From assembly GCA_038204425.1 (NCBI GenBank), contig JBBRCZ010000014.1, positions 14,080-78,079 on the forward strand: a DNA stretch of 64,000 nt. The letters run 5' to 3'. This stretch comes from Spirochaetia bacterium (GTDB lineage Bacteria > Spirochaetota > Spirochaetia > DSM-27196 > Salinispiraceae). The position numbers were made by a program, and so were the translations under genes. The notes beneath the pieces are model-generated. The model saw nothing but the letters and a program-made list of their open reading frames with translations. It was not told the origin of the DNA and made no database searches. Below are positions 9,128 through 19,381 of this stretch, piece by piece (the first letter of the stretch is position 1; each line of letters starts with the position of its first letter).

Positions 9128-12100
9128 TTAATAGACCAACTGTGTCACCCTTGCCGCCACAGGAAAGTCAGGAACATTGACAGGCAGCACTGTTGTCGGG
9201 CTCTGCTTGCCACCGGTTAGTTTTTTAACTCGTTCTGCAATATACAAATCCAGCTCTTTTACACTTATTGCGCCATCGTCGTTAACGTCCGCTTTGCCGC
9301 CGAGACCTTCTACCAGTGCCTTGGTAAAGGCGCCATTGCCCCACTCAGGACTCTCCAAAGAAAACTGGCGACCAGTGCTTGCGGTAAAGACGACTGCACC
9401 ATTTTCTGCGCTAGCGAGGTCGTTAACCATAGCGTCAACATCTACCGCAACGGCGCGGCGTCCTTGCCCCATTACATTGCCTGAGTGACACGAATCTATA
9501 AAGAAGAGTGCTTTTCCTGCGATGCTACGGACAACGTTTTGGATATCACTAAAGGCAAGCCCCGTTCGTAGAAGTCGTTCTGGATCGGCATTGGATGGTA
9601 AGAAATAGTACGATCCGCTGTTGTCATTGATGCCATGGCCCGCCAAAAAAATCATGGCCACGTCGCGGGCCGTAGTTTGCGTGCGGATCCAATCCAAACC
9701 ATCCAAAATATTGTCCTTATTGGCGTCCGTGTCCTTGAGAATCTGGACTTCTACATCTCTATAGAGTTGCCCTTTCTGTTTGAGCAAGGCATCGACCGTG
9801 TCTTGCGCATCCTTAGCGGCCAAGGCAAGATTTAGTTCGCTTTTTTGGTATTTGGATACGCCAATTGCCAAGACATAGAGTTTGGGCTTAAAAGCATCTT
9901 GACTTACGCTGCCTTGGTACTTGAGCGCAACCGAAGCTGGTTCACTAATTAGCGCACCGCTTTCTGCAATTAAAGAAACGCTGACATCGCGGCCTGGCAG
10001 CTCAATTTCTATGCTTTGCTCGCGGTCAGCAGCCAAGATTTTCCCCAAACCACGGGTCGTTTCAAGCGGTCGCCCGTCTATCAAGACGCGCATGCCGCTG
10101 ATAGTGCCACCAGAAGGCGTGCGCACACGATAAGAAATAGTTACTGATTTGCCACTAAAGCTTGTGCCTGTTGATGGTGACAGGATAGTTATCAAAGGTG
10201 GTAGATTGGTGCGAATATCATTGGCAACCTGGACCGAGCCTTGTCGGGTGCGGTTGGCTTCTTCTAGTGCAAGCTTTTCATCCTTTTTGCTCAAGACCAA
10301 TCCAATCACATCTGGTCTATAATAAGTTGACTTCCAGCGTGAAAGTGGAAAACTGTCAGGCGCCTGGTCAAGCCCATTGTTTAAATGCCAGCGCAAAAAA
10401 TCATCTGCACCAATCGACGCATCATAGTAGCCGCTTGCAGTCCATGCCACCCAGCGCTTTCGATCGGGATGGGGGTAGATATTGAGCAGTAGCTTGCCGT
10501 CGCTCATTTTGTAATAGCGAATAGTTCCGTCTCCATACGAAGCGCTGCCAATGGAGCCATCGGCTGAAACAGCGACGGCCCAGCTGGCACTCGGTGCAGC
10601 CGCTTGCCACAACTGGTTTCCATTTTTGTCAAAGCAGCGCAAGTACATGTGAGTCCCCAAAAGAAAGCTATTCTTGTCGGGGCTAATAGCCAAACTCATC
10701 GATTTTTCGTAGTTTTCCAAGCTTAGTCGTTTGCTGCCAAGTCTTGGTTCGTTGTGGTAGTTCCAATTAATTATATCGAGGCTGCTCGTGTCTTGTGGGG
10801 GCAAATCTCGAGGTTCTACCAAGTTTCTGTCGTCAAGCGAAAACGTGGCGGGTGATTTACCAAAAGGTTCAAAAGCAAAGTTGCTTAGTCGACCATCAGT
10901 AGAAATTCTAAAGCCAGCATGATTATCTCTAAAGTCAGCTACCTGGGGCAAAAAGCTAAATCTCGTTGCAAACAACTTATCATAGCGCGCAAGAATCGGG
11001 TCCGCTGTAGCCACAATGATATCCGCGTTGTTAATGGCTTTTATATCCATAATGGTGCTAAAGATCTGTTGGTGCTTAAAACTACGCTTTCCACGACCAG
11101 CGTCTTCCCAGACCACAAGTGGATATTGTCCGTTGTCACTAAAGCTTCCGCCCGCCACCAAGACGGGTTGTGCATTTGACTTGTTTGACGTAGCGCCAAA
11201 AGTCAGTGCAATCAAGCCACCACCTTGCATACCACTTGTGTCTGCACTGTAGGAATATTCAAGTGACCGAGCTTGGGCAAGAAAAACATCAACTTCACAA
11301 ACTACGTCATAGCCAATCGCAATCAGATAAGCGCCGTCAACCTTTTTGGGGCTAAAGCTAAGTCCATACGATTGCTGTCCTGGTCGATGTTTTGTGCTTG
11401 CGATCAATTTAATGGTACCATCAAAGCGACCATAGAGATTGAGTGTGCCGTCCATACACGACGCAGCCATTAGATTGCCGTCAGGGCTAAAGGCAATAGC
11501 ATTGCTGCGATCCGAATAATCAGGGTCTGCAAAGACTTGCTCACCACTCTTACTATTAAAGACCAAGAGCCCAGCGCTCGGCCCCATTGCACAGGCTAAG
11601 AGGATAGGGCCGGCCGCTGTGCTTGGTGAAAAAGCCAGGTCAAAGACGGCATTGGGAAGTCCTTTGATGCGACGTAGCATAGTGCCGGTTTCTGTCTCAT
11701 ATAAATAGATCGAGCAGCTGCCATCAAAGTCCCAACCCGTCCAGCCACTCAAGGCGATAGTTTTGGCATCTGGCGACAAGGCAACTGCGTAAAGTTTGCC
11801 TTCGTGTCCTTCGGTCTGCGGAACGCGAATTACGCGCAAGAGCCGACCTTGGTCGTCAAAAACGCGCGCCGACTTATCGTCACTTACACTGACGATGCGC
11901 TTGCCGTCGCCAGATACAGCAACCGCTCGCAGCATCGCAGTATGGAAGCCAGGTTCGAGTATAAGTTGAGGTTCAGTTGGAACCTTGCTGGCAAAACTTG
12001 GCAGGGCAAGCATGAGCAACGCAAAAGCCAAAGTCAAGCCACGCACGCGTTTTATGCTTAAGATAATCTCTTGTTTTCTGATCATAAAATACATCATCCT

Positions 12101-12142
12101 ACCTTGTCCTAGGACTGTCAAGATTAAGTCAAATCTTGACAA
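9128..12142 (-). CDS. Secreted WD40 beta-propeller + caspase-like (peptidase C14) protein; real start probably ~12085
   Basis: Signal peptide; WD40-like repeats; YVLAIGVSKY, FLAGHG and FIDSCHSG (His/Cys dyad), GAFTKALVEGL, QSP. Confidence 0.85.
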   Translation of the reverse strand: MSRFDLILTVLGQGRMMYFMIRKQEIILSIKRVRGLTLAFALLMLALPSFASKVPTEPQLILEPGFHTAMLRAVAVSGDGKRIVSVSDDKSARVFDDQGRLLRVIRVPQTEGHEGKLYAVALSPDAKTIALSGWTGWDFDGSCSIYLYETETGTMLRRIKGLPNAVFDLAFSPSTAAGPILLACAMGPSAGLLVFNSKSGEQVFADPDYSDRSNAIAFSPDGNLMAASCMDGTLNLYGRFDGTIKLIASTKHRPGQQSYGLSFSPKKVDGAYLIAIGYDVVCEVDVFLAQARSLEYSYSADTSGMQGGGLIALTFGATSNKSNAQPVLVAGGSFSDNGQYPLVVWEDAGRGKRSFKHQQIFSTIMDIKAINNADIIVATADPILARYDKLFATRFSFLPQVADFRDNHAGFRISTDGRLSNFAFEPFGKSPATFSLDDRNLVEPRDLPPQDTSSLDIINWNYHNEPRLGSKRLSLENYEKSMSLAISPDKNSFLLGTHMYLRCFDKNGNQLWQAAAPSASWAVAVSADGSIGSASYGDGTIRYYKMSDGKLLLNIYPHPDRKRWVAWTASGYYDASIGADDFLRWHLNNGLDQAPDSFPLSRWKSTYYRPDVIGLVLSKKDEKLALEEANRTRQGSVQVANDIRTNLPPLITILSPSTGTSFSGKSVTISYRVRTPSGGTISGMRVLIDGRPLETTRGLGKILAADREQSIEIELPGRDVSVSLIAESGALISEPASVALKYQGSVSQDAFKPKLYVLAIGVSKYQKSELNLALAAKDAQDTVDALLKQKGQLYRDVEVQILKDTDANKDNILDGLDWIRTQTTARDVAMIFLAGHGINDNSGSYYFLPSNADPERLLRTGLAFSDIQNVVRSIAGKALFFIDSCHSGNVMGQGRRAVAVDVDAMVNDLASAENGAVVFTASTGRQFSLESPEWGNGAFTKALVEGLGGKADVNDDGAISVKELDLYIAERVKKLTGGKQSPTTVLPVNVPDFPVAARVTQLVY

Positions 12143-12217
12143 GTTTTACTAAGTCATGGCCAGCATGCGACGTTCTCATCAGTCGACTATATGAGCATTT
12201 GGTAATACAATCGGTTT

Positions 12218-13057
12218 ATGGAGAATATTATTATGTCACATGACCTTACTAAAAAGAATGCTGGTGAAATTCGTCAAGCGGTGCTTGAGCGTTATGGAGA
12301 AATCGCGCGCAGTGAAGGTATTGATTCTTGTTGTGGAGGCGGTTCTGCCTGTTGTGGATCGCCTGACAGTCAGGGTTTGAGTCAAGCTTCTCAAAGTGTC
12401 GGTTATGGTTTTGAGCAACTTTCTAGTATCCCTGCAGGCGCCAATCTGGGGTTGGGTTGCGGCAACCCTCAGGCTATAGCTGCACTAAAACCCGGTGAGA
12501 CCGTTTTGGATCTTGGTAGTGGCGCAGGCATCGACTGCTTTTTGGCCGCCAATGCTGTTGGCAAGACGGGTAGGGTCATCGGAGTAGACATCAATCCAGA
12601 CATGATCAAACGAGCTCGCAGCAACCAAGAAAAAGGCTCTTATGAACAAGTTGAGTTTAGACTTGGCGAGATTGAGATCATACCAGTAGAAGACAATAGC
12701 GTCGACGTGGTCATTTCTAACTGCGTAATCAATTTGTCAGCTGATCAAGCACTTGTTTATAATGATGCTTTTAGAGTGCTAAAGGCAGGGGGAAGGCTGG
12801 CAATTTCGGACACAGTGGCTGCCGGTCCAATTCCTGATGCCATCAAGGAGGACCTCGCTATGCATTCGGCATGTATTAGTGGGGCGCTCTCGGTAGAGCA
12901 GCTAACTGCGATCTTAAAAGCAGCAGGATTTGAGAAGATTCACCTACAACCTAAGAATCTAAGCAAGGCATTTATCAAAGAATGGGCGCCAGGAACTGGT
13001 GTGGAAGACTTTGTACTGTCAGCAACTATCGAAGCTCAAAAACCACTTGTTACTTGA
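12218..13057 (+). CDS. arsM: Arsenite S-adenosylmethionine methyltransferase
   Basis: N-terminal CC..CC; LGLGCGNP, VLDLGSGAGID, ISNCVINL, ACISGAL. Confidence 0.88.
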   Translation: MENIIMSHDLTKKNAGEIRQAVLERYGEIARSEGIDSCCGGGSACCGSPDSQGLSQASQSVGYGFEQLSSIPAGANLGLGCGNPQAIAALKPGETVLDLGSGAGIDCFLAANAVGKTGRVIGVDINPDMIKRARSNQEKGSYEQVEFRLGEIEIIPVEDNSVDVVISNCVINLSADQALVYNDAFRVLKAGGRLAISDTVAAGPIPDAIKEDLAMHSACISGALSVEQLTAILKAAGFEKIHLQPKNLSKAFIKEWAPGTGVEDFVLSATIEAQKPLVT

Positions 13058-13082
13058 CCGTGCTCATGCCGATACTTGAACA

Positions 13083-14282
13083 ATGAAGATTGACTTAGAT
13101 TGGTATCACAACTGCCCCGAATCAAATGACCTAAGCCAGCTTCTGCAAGCACGGACCTCGGCGCCTGTGCCTGCAGACTGGATCATATATTTGACAGACG
13201 TTAGCGGCTCCACCAAAGCAATCGATCAAGGCAAGTACAAAGACGTTAACACGGTCGGATGCTTGCCCTTGATGGCGCTGGCAAACTATTTTGAGACCTT
13301 GGATTTTCCCTTTGTGTTTGGGGGAGACGGTGTAACCTTGGTTTTGCCTCCCGAGATGGATAGTGAAGTGCGCAGGATACTAATAGACACCCAAAGCACT
13401 GCCAGCCAAATTTTTGACCTTAGCTTACGCCTATCAGCAGTCAGGGTAGCAGACGTTTACGCACGTGGTGCTCAATTGGCTATTGCGCGCTTAAAGGTTT
13501 CGGATCGCTACTCTCAAGCCGTCTTCTACGGTGATGGTTTGGATATAGCAGAAAAGCTTCTCAAGGATGACCATGACCAGGGCGGCGGCGCATCGTTTCG
13601 TATTGTGGCCAAGCCCAATCACCAAGCCTTAGCCAATTTTGAAGGATTTTCTTGTCGCTGGAAGGATGTGCCAAGTCCCAAGGAAATCACGGTGGCACTC
13701 TTGCTCAAGCCAGGCACCACGCCGGGCTCAAAATCCGTTGAAGAGCTGCTGCGCCGGCTGCAGTTTTTTATAGGCGACGTGCAATCCTCACATCCCCTGT
13801 CGGTTGCCAATCAATCAATTCGTACCGATTCCTCACCGTTGCGCCTCGAGGCCAAATTGGAATCCTGGACAACCATGGGGCTGGCTGCCTGGCTAAAGCT
13901 GGTTTTAAAAACTATGGCGCTACGGCTTAAAGTGACTGTCGCTCGCTTTGCCCTTGCTTTTAATGTGCCGCTGGTTTATCAGGGCATGCAAGTCAATCTC
14001 AAGCGACAGGAGAACATGATGCATGCCGATACCCGCAAGTTTGACGGTTTACTCAAGTTGGTGGCAGCAGTAAACCGTAAAAATCTTGATTCGCTCAAAA
14101 AGTGGCTAGACGAAGAAGAGTCCAAAGGTCGTTTGAACTACGGCATTCACGAAAGCGATCGCGCTTTGATGACCTGCATGGTTCATTCTGTTTCAAGTGG
14201 TGAAGTACATTTTATCGATGCGGCCGATGGAGGATACGCACTTGCTGCTCGCCAACTCAAGCTCAAACTTGCTCGCTCTTAA
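13083..14282 (+). CDS. DUF3095-family protein
   Basis: DVSGSTKAIDQGKYKDVN, FVFGGDG, GFSCRW, RKFDG, HFIDAADGGYALAA motifs. Confidence 0.75.
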   Translation: MKIDLDWYHNCPESNDLSQLLQARTSAPVPADWIIYLTDVSGSTKAIDQGKYKDVNTVGCLPLMALANYFETLDFPFVFGGDGVTLVLPPEMDSEVRRILIDTQSTASQIFDLSLRLSAVRVADVYARGAQLAIARLKVSDRYSQAVFYGDGLDIAEKLLKDDHDQGGGASFRIVAKPNHQALANFEGFSCRWKDVPSPKEITVALLLKPGTTPGSKSVEELLRRLQFFIGDVQSSHPLSVANQSIRTDSSPLRLEAKLESWTTMGLAAWLKLVLKTMALRLKVTVARFALAFNVPLVYQGMQVNLKRQENMMHADTRKFDGLLKLVAAVNRKNLDSLKKWLDEEESKGRLNYGIHESDRALMTCMVHSVSSGEVHFIDAADGGYALAARQLKLKLARS

Positions 14283-14300
14283 TATTTATCTCCAAAGCGC

Positions 14301-14329
14301 TTGACCAAATCCGCCGAGGCCTGTATAAC
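14301..14329 (+). promoter_or_regulatory. sigma70 promoter of the tuf-S10 superoperon
   Basis: TTGACC (14301-06), 17 bp, TATAAC (14324-29), preceded by TG. Confidence 0.65.
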
Positions 14330-14335
14330 TACCCG

Positions 14336-14727
14336 AAACTATCGCTGCACCCGCAGTTAAGTTTTTCTGGTTTTACCAAACCTAACATCCTGTGGTGTTT
14401 GATGCCTGTTTTAAACCTTACGGCTGTCGTTGACAGCTGGTGGTCAATATGGGTAACACGGGTGGTTAAGGTGGTGACCGTGCGATCAGCATCCTATCCT
14501 GCACGGATTGATGATGAACCCCAGCCTTGAGTTGACGGTTCCTCTGGTCAAGCTAAGTGACTCCCTTAGTGCAAGGCTTTATTGTCTTGCTGCCATCTCA
14601 CTCATTCTTCACTCGATTTTGGTTTAACAACGCCAGAGAACTCTACTGCTACGTGGCTACCCGGTATGGGATCTGACCATGGTCAGTATTTGATTTTCGT
14701 TACGGACACGCACAGTAGGAGGACGTA
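14336..14727 (+). ncRNA. Long structured 5' leader of tuf (candidate cis-regulatory RNA)
   Basis: ~390 nt with no plausible ORF and many hairpins (see findings). Confidence 0.35.
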
Positions 14728-15918
14728 ATGGCGAAGGAAAAATTCGAGAGGACTAAGCCTCATATTAACGTTGGTACCATCGGTCATATTGACCATGGTA
14801 AGACCACGCTGACTGCTGCTCTCACAATGTATAGCGCCGCCAAATTTGGCGCTAAGGCCCTCAAGTACGAGGACATCGACAATGCCCCCGAAGAAAAAGC
14901 ACGTGGTATTACTATTAATACACGACACGTTGAATACACTTCGGAAAAGCGCCACTACGCTCACGTTGACTGCCCAGGACATGCTGACTACGTCAAGAAC
15001 ATGATCACTGGTGCTGCTCAGATGGACGGTGGCGTTCTGGTTGTTTCTGCAACCGACGGCCCTATGGCCCAAACTCGCGAGCACATTCTTTTGGCTCGTC
15101 AGGTTGGTGTTCCAAAGTTGCTGGTTTTTATCAACAAGTGTGACATGGTAGACGATATCGAGCTCATTGACCTTGTTGAAGAAGAAATGCGCGACTTGCT
15201 TAAGGCTCAAAAGTTCCCAGGGGATGAAATTCCGTTTATCCGTGGTGCTGCTTTTGGTGCTATGAGTGAGCCTGGCAATCCAGAAAAGACTAAGTGTATT
15301 GAAGAGCTGTTGAACGCAATGGATACTTATTTTGAAGTTCCACCACGCGCCACCGACAAGCCATTCCTTATGCCTATTGAAGACGTATTCTCAATTCAAG
15401 GACGAGGAACTGTTGTTACTGGTCGTATTGAAAGAGGGATTGTCAAGGTTGGTGATACTGTTGAAATCATTGGTTTGCGTGACACGAAGACCACCACCGT
15501 TACTGGTGTAGAAATGTTTAACAAGTTGCTCGACTCTGGTGAGGCTGGTGACAACGTTGGCGCTCTGCTGCGTGGTATCGACAAGAAAGATGTTGAACGC
15601 GGTCAAGTTTTGGCCAAGCCTGGTTCAATCACACCACACAAGAATTTCAAAGGTACCGTTTACGTTCTTTCCTCAGAAGAGGGTGGACGAAAGACTCCCT
15701 TCTTCTCTGGTTATCGACCACAGTTCTATTTCCGAACAACTGACGTTACCGGCACGGTAAATCTTCCAGCTGGTAAAGAAATGGCAATGCCTGGCGACAA
15801 CCTCGAGATTTTGGCTGAGTTGATTTATCCGATTGCCATGGACAAGGGTCTTCGTTTTGCTATCCGCGAGGGTGGTCGAACCGTTGCTTCTGGTCAGGTT
15901 ATCGAAATTACCGAATAG
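14728..15918 (+). CDS. tuf: Elongation factor Tu
   Basis: [46 protein letters not shown]. Confidence 0.99.
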   Translation: MAKEKFERTKPHINVGTIGHIDHGKTTLTAALTMYSAAKFGAKALKYEDIDNAPEEKARGITINTRHVEYTSEKRHYAHVDCPGHADYVKNMITGAAQMDGGVLVVSATDGPMAQTREHILLARQVGVPKLLVFINKCDMVDDIELIDLVEEEMRDLLKAQKFPGDEIPFIRGAAFGAMSEPGNPEKTKCIEELLNAMDTYFEVPPRATDKPFLMPIEDVFSIQGRGTVVTGRIERGIVKVGDTVEIIGLRDTKTTTVTGVEMFNKLLDSGEAGDNVGALLRGIDKKDVERGQVLAKPGSITPHKNFKGTVYVLSSEEGGRKTPFFSGYRPQFYFRTTDVTGTVNLPAGKEMAMPGDNLEILAELIYPIAMDKGLRFAIREGGRTVASGQVIEITE

Positions 15919-15928
15919 TTTTTTGGTT

Positions 15929-15963
15929 ACGGCGGTGCCCTGCGGGCACCTTCCGTTTTTTTT
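15929..15963 (+). terminator. Intrinsic terminator/attenuator between tuf and rpsJ
   Basis: GGTGCCC-TGC-GGGCACC stem extended by ACGG/CCGT, followed by T8. Confidence 0.7.
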
Positions 15964-15972
15964 GGAGGAACA

Positions 15973-16281
15973 ATGTCGCAGGAAAAAATCCGGGTGCGTT
16001 TGAGAGCTTTTGATATTGAATTAATTGACCAAAGTGCCCGGTCCATCGTTCAGACCGTTCAGAAATCCGGTGCAAAGGTTGCGGGCCCCATTCCCCTTCC
16101 TACGCGCATTAATAAGTATACCGTCCTGCGGTCACCGCATGTTAACAAGAAGTCGAGAGAGCAATTTGAGATGAGAACGCACAAGCGTCTTATTGATATT
16201 ATCGAACCGACAGCCGCGGTTATGGACGCGCTTATGAAGCTTGAGTTGCCCGCAGGGGTTGACGTCGAGATCAAACAGTAA
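15973..16281 (+). CDS. rpsJ: 30S ribosomal protein S10
   Basis: GPIPLPT...[24 protein letters not shown]. Confidence 0.99.
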   Translation: MSQEKIRVRLRAFDIELIDQSARSIVQTVQKSGAKVAGPIPLPTRINKYTVLRSPHVNKKSREQFEMRTHKRLIDIIEPTAAVMDALMKLELPAGVDVEIKQ

Positions 16282-16308
16282 TTGGAAACCTTGTCATCGA
16301 GGAAACGC

Positions 16309-16929
16309 ATGTTAGGGCTTATAGGAAAAAAAGTCGGTATGACCCAAGTGTTTGACGAAAAAGGACGTGTAACTCCGGTTACTGTCATTAAGTTCGCACC
16401 CAACTTGGTAGTTTCACACCGCACTGAAGAAAAAGATGGTTATAGTGCCATTGTTTTAGGCACCGATGAAATCAAACCTTCTCGCAGTACCAAGCCGTAC
16501 ATCGGCCAGTTTGGAGATTTGGCGCCTCAGAGGCGACTCTTTGAAATGCGAGATTTTGAAAAAGATTGCAATGTGGGCGACAAGTTAACTCTTGAAGTGC
16601 TTAGTGATGCCCTTTTTCTGGACGTAATCGGTACATCTAAGGGTAAAGGTACCCAAGGTGTAATGAAGCGCTACGGGTTTGGTGGCGGCCGCGCAACTCA
16701 CGGATCCAAGTTTCATCGTGAAAATGGATCAACAGGTTGTTCGACAACTCCTCACCGAACGGTTAAAGGTCGCAAAATGGCTGGCCGAATGGGTCGAGAG
16801 CGGGTAACTGTTCAGAACCTCAAGATCGTCAGCATTGATGCGGAAAAGCAGGTGATTCTGGTTAAGGGTGCAGTGCCCGGAACCAAAGATGGATTCCTTC
16901 TTGTTGCCCGCTCAAAGAAGAAAGGTTAA
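16309..16929 (+). CDS. rplC: 50S ribosomal protein L3
   Basis: [25 protein letters not shown] at 16309. Confidence 0.98.
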   Translation: MLGLIGKKVGMTQVFDEKGRVTPVTVIKFAPNLVVSHRTEEKDGYSAIVLGTDEIKPSRSTKPYIGQFGDLAPQRRLFEMRDFEKDCNVGDKLTLEVLSDALFLDVIGTSKGKGTQGVMKRYGFGGGRATHGSKFHRENGSTGCSTTPHRTVKGRKMAGRMGRERVTVQNLKIVSIDAEKQVILVKGAVPGTKDGFLLVARSKKKG

Positions 16930-16933
16930 AGAT

Positions 16934-17578
16934 ATGAAGAAACCTGTTCTTTCCATAGAAGGCAAAGAAGTTCGCACCATTCAGTTGTCTGACGCGGTTT
17001 TTGATCGCGAAGTATCTGATGGTTCGATTTATCACGCAATCCGTAATGAACTTGCCAATATTCGAGTTGGAACACACAGTGTTAAAACTCGGGCAGAAGT
17101 AAATGGAAGTCATAAAAAGCCATGGAAGCAAAAAGGTACGGGCCGAGCTCGTTCCGGTACCAAGCAGTCACCTATTTGGGTGGGTGGTGGTATCGCTTTT
17201 GGTCCACGACCACGAGACTACAGTTACACTTTGCCACGCAAGATCAAAAGATTGGCTTTGATAAGTATTCTTTCGTTAAAGAATCAAAGCGACGAACTGA
17301 GGATTGTGGAAGACTTTACAATTGCCAGCGGCAAAACTAAAGAAATTGCGCAGATTCTCGCCAAGATTGTGCCAAATGAACGGACGGTGCTCATCCTTAA
17401 AGATGACGATGCATTGGTTCGCCGTGCTGGTCGCAATATTCCTTGGTTAAAAATATTGAGCTACAATCGACTGCGCGCTCACGATCTTTTTTATGCAAAA
17501 AAAGTTCTGACGCTAGAAACGGCGGCACTTAAGTTAAATGATTTTTATGCTGATAAAGACAACGGAGGGGACAAATAA
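16934..17578 (+). CDS. rplD: 50S ribosomal protein L4
   Basis: KTRAEVNG..KPWKQKGTGRARSG...GGGIAFGPRPR. Confidence 0.98.
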   Translation: MKKPVLSIEGKEVRTIQLSDAVFDREVSDGSIYHAIRNELANIRVGTHSVKTRAEVNGSHKKPWKQKGTGRARSGTKQSPIWVGGGIAFGPRPRDYSYTLPRKIKRLALISILSLKNQSDELRIVEDFTIASGKTKEIAQILAKIVPNERTVLILKDDDALVRRAGRNIPWLKILSYNRLRAHDLFYAKKVLTLETAALKLNDFYADKDNGGDK

Positions 17579-17862
17579 TGAGAGCAGATGAAATTATTAT
17601 TGAACCCCTGTTGACTGAGAAGTCCAATGGCCAGCGAGAGATTCATCAGTATTCGTTTGTGATTGACAAGCGTGCTAACAAAATCATGGTCATGAAGGCA
17701 GTGCAAGAGCTTTTTAATGTGCATCCTGTTTCATGTAACATTATTAATGTGGGCGGTAAGCCTCGTCGGCTTCGTTCGCGTTCTGGTTACACTTCGGCTT
17801 GGAAAAAAGCTGTGGTAACTATTGGCGCCAACGAGAAGATTCAGATTTTTGAAGGTGCCTGA
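17578..17862 (+). CDS. rplW: 50S ribosomal protein L23
   Basis: PLLTEKS...WKKAVVT; position in operon. Confidence 0.97.
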   Translation: MRADEIIIEPLLTEKSNGQREIHQYSFVIDKRANKIMVMKAVQELFNVHPVSCNIINVGGKPRRLRSRSGYTSAWKKAVVTIGANEKIQIFEGA

Positions 17863-17885
17863 GTTGCACATTCCAGGAGGATTTT

Positions 17886-18710
17886 GTGGGTATTAAGACA
17901 TATAATCCGATCACTCCCGGCCAGCGGCTCAGGACAAGTCTCGACCTTTCCGAGATTACAAAGTCCAAGCCAGAAAAAGGTTTGCTTATCAGTCATTCTG
18001 AAAAAGCAGGTCGTGGCCAAAAAGGACAGATCAGTGTTCGTCGCCGTGGCGGCGGTCACAAAAAGCGCCTTAGAGTGGTTGATTTTAAGCGCGAAAAGTT
18101 TGGTATTCCTGGTAAGATTGCGGCGATCGAGTACGATCCAAATCGAACCAGCAACCTTGCTCTAGTGTTTTATGCAGATGGCGAAAAGCGCTACATCATT
18201 CACCCAGAGGGTTTGAAGGTTGGTGCGACAGTTCTGAGTGGCGACAAGGCCAAGCCAGAGTTGGGAAATGCTTTGCCAGTTGGTTTGATTCCTTTGGGCA
18301 CTAGCGTGCACAATATTGAACTGACCATTGGTAAGGGTGCGCAGCTTGCTCGTTCTGCCGGAACTTACGCCAACGTGGCTGCCAAAGATGGTGACTATGT
18401 GACGCTCAAGTTGCCCTCGGGTGAATTGCGCTTGGTTCATGCACGTTGTTTTGCAACCATAGGTGTTGTTGGTAACGGCGACCATATGAATGTTTCTTTG
18501 GGTAAAGCTGGTCGAGCTCGTTGGCTCGGTCGTCGTCCCGCTGTGCGAGGCGTTGCCATGAACCCAATTGACCATCCGCATGGTGGTGGTGAAGGTAAGA
18601 CTGCTGCTGGTCAGCATCCTGTTTCACCAACTGGACTTTTGACCAAGGGTTACAAGACCCGCAAGAAGCGTAAGCCATCAAGTCGCTTTATTGTGAAGAA
18701 AAGAAAGTAA
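17886..18710 (+). CDS. rplB: 50S ribosomal protein L2
   Basis: [23 protein letters not shown]. Confidence 0.99.
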   Translation: MGIKTYNPITPGQRLRTSLDLSEITKSKPEKGLLISHSEKAGRGQKGQISVRRRGGGHKKRLRVVDFKREKFGIPGKIAAIEYDPNRTSNLALVFYADGEKRYIIHPEGLKVGATVLSGDKAKPELGNALPVGLIPLGTSVHNIELTIGKGAQLARSAGTYANVAAKDGDYVTLKLPSGELRLVHARCFATIGVVGNGDHMNVSLGKAGRARWLGRRPAVRGVAMNPIDHPHGGGEGKTAAGQHPVSPTGLLTKGYKTRKKRKPSSRFIVKKRK

Positions 18711-18722
18711 GAGGAGTCGCTC

Positions 18723-19004
18723 GTGTCAAGGTCAGTAAAAAAAGGACCCTTCATCGAGAAGAGTCTCTTCAAAAAAGTAGCTGAAATGAACAAGGCTGGG
18801 GAAAAGAAGATGATCAAGACCTATTCCCGGTCTTCCACCATTATTCCTGATATGGTTGGTATTACAGTTTCCGTGTATAACGGCAAGACTTGGGTTCCGG
18901 TTTATGTAACTGAAAACCTGGTTGGCCATAAGCTCGGAGAATTCTCGCCTACCCGTATCTTCCGGGGGCATGCCGGTGCCGACAAAAAGGCCGGGAAGAA
19001 GTAA
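18723..19004 (+). CDS. rpsS: 30S ribosomal protein S19
   Basis: SRSVKKGPF...[11 protein letters not shown]. Confidence 0.99.
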   Translation: MSRSVKKGPFIEKSLFKKVAEMNKAGEKKMIKTYSRSSTIIPDMVGITVSVYNGKTWVPVYVTENLVGHKLGEFSPTRIFRGHAGADKKAGKK

Positions 19005-19016
19005 AGGTAGATAGTC

Positions 19017-19379
19017 ATGGCAGAAAAGAAAACGTACATCGCCCATGCCCGCTATATCTTGGTATCTCCTACCAAAATTCGCCGTGTGGCTGATAATGTG
19101 CGTCGGAAGTCTTATCCTGAAGCTTTGGCCATTCTGGACAATCTCCCCCACAAGGGTGCTGAGTTGATCCGGGCGGTGATTGTTTCTGCGGCTTCCAATG
19201 CGCTGTACCAAAACAAGAACCTTGATGAAGGCATGCTTTATGTCAAGGAACTTTACGTCAATGAAGGTCCTCGTCTTAAAAGACTTTGGCATCGAGCCCG
19301 TGGTCGAGCGGACCTTCTCCTCAAGCGGATGAGTCACATCACCGCTGTGGTTGATGAAATCGCTCGTAAGGGAGTATAA
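19017..19379 (+). CDS. rplV: 50S ribosomal protein L22
   Basis: SPTKIRRVA...EGPRLKR..RARGRA..KRMSHIT. Confidence 0.98.
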   Translation: MAEKKTYIAHARYILVSPTKIRRVADNVRRKSYPEALAILDNLPHKGAELIRAVIVSAASNALYQNKNLDEGMLYVKELYVNEGPRLKRLWHRARGRADLLLKRMSHITAVVDEIARKGV

Positions 19380-19381
19380 CC

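Noticed and set aside
14336..14727. tRNA, tmRNA, SRP or RNase P RNA upstream of tuf
   Set aside because: No TTCGA T-loop/CCA cloverleaf or other signature motifs found by eye on either strand; kept only as an unassigned structured leader.
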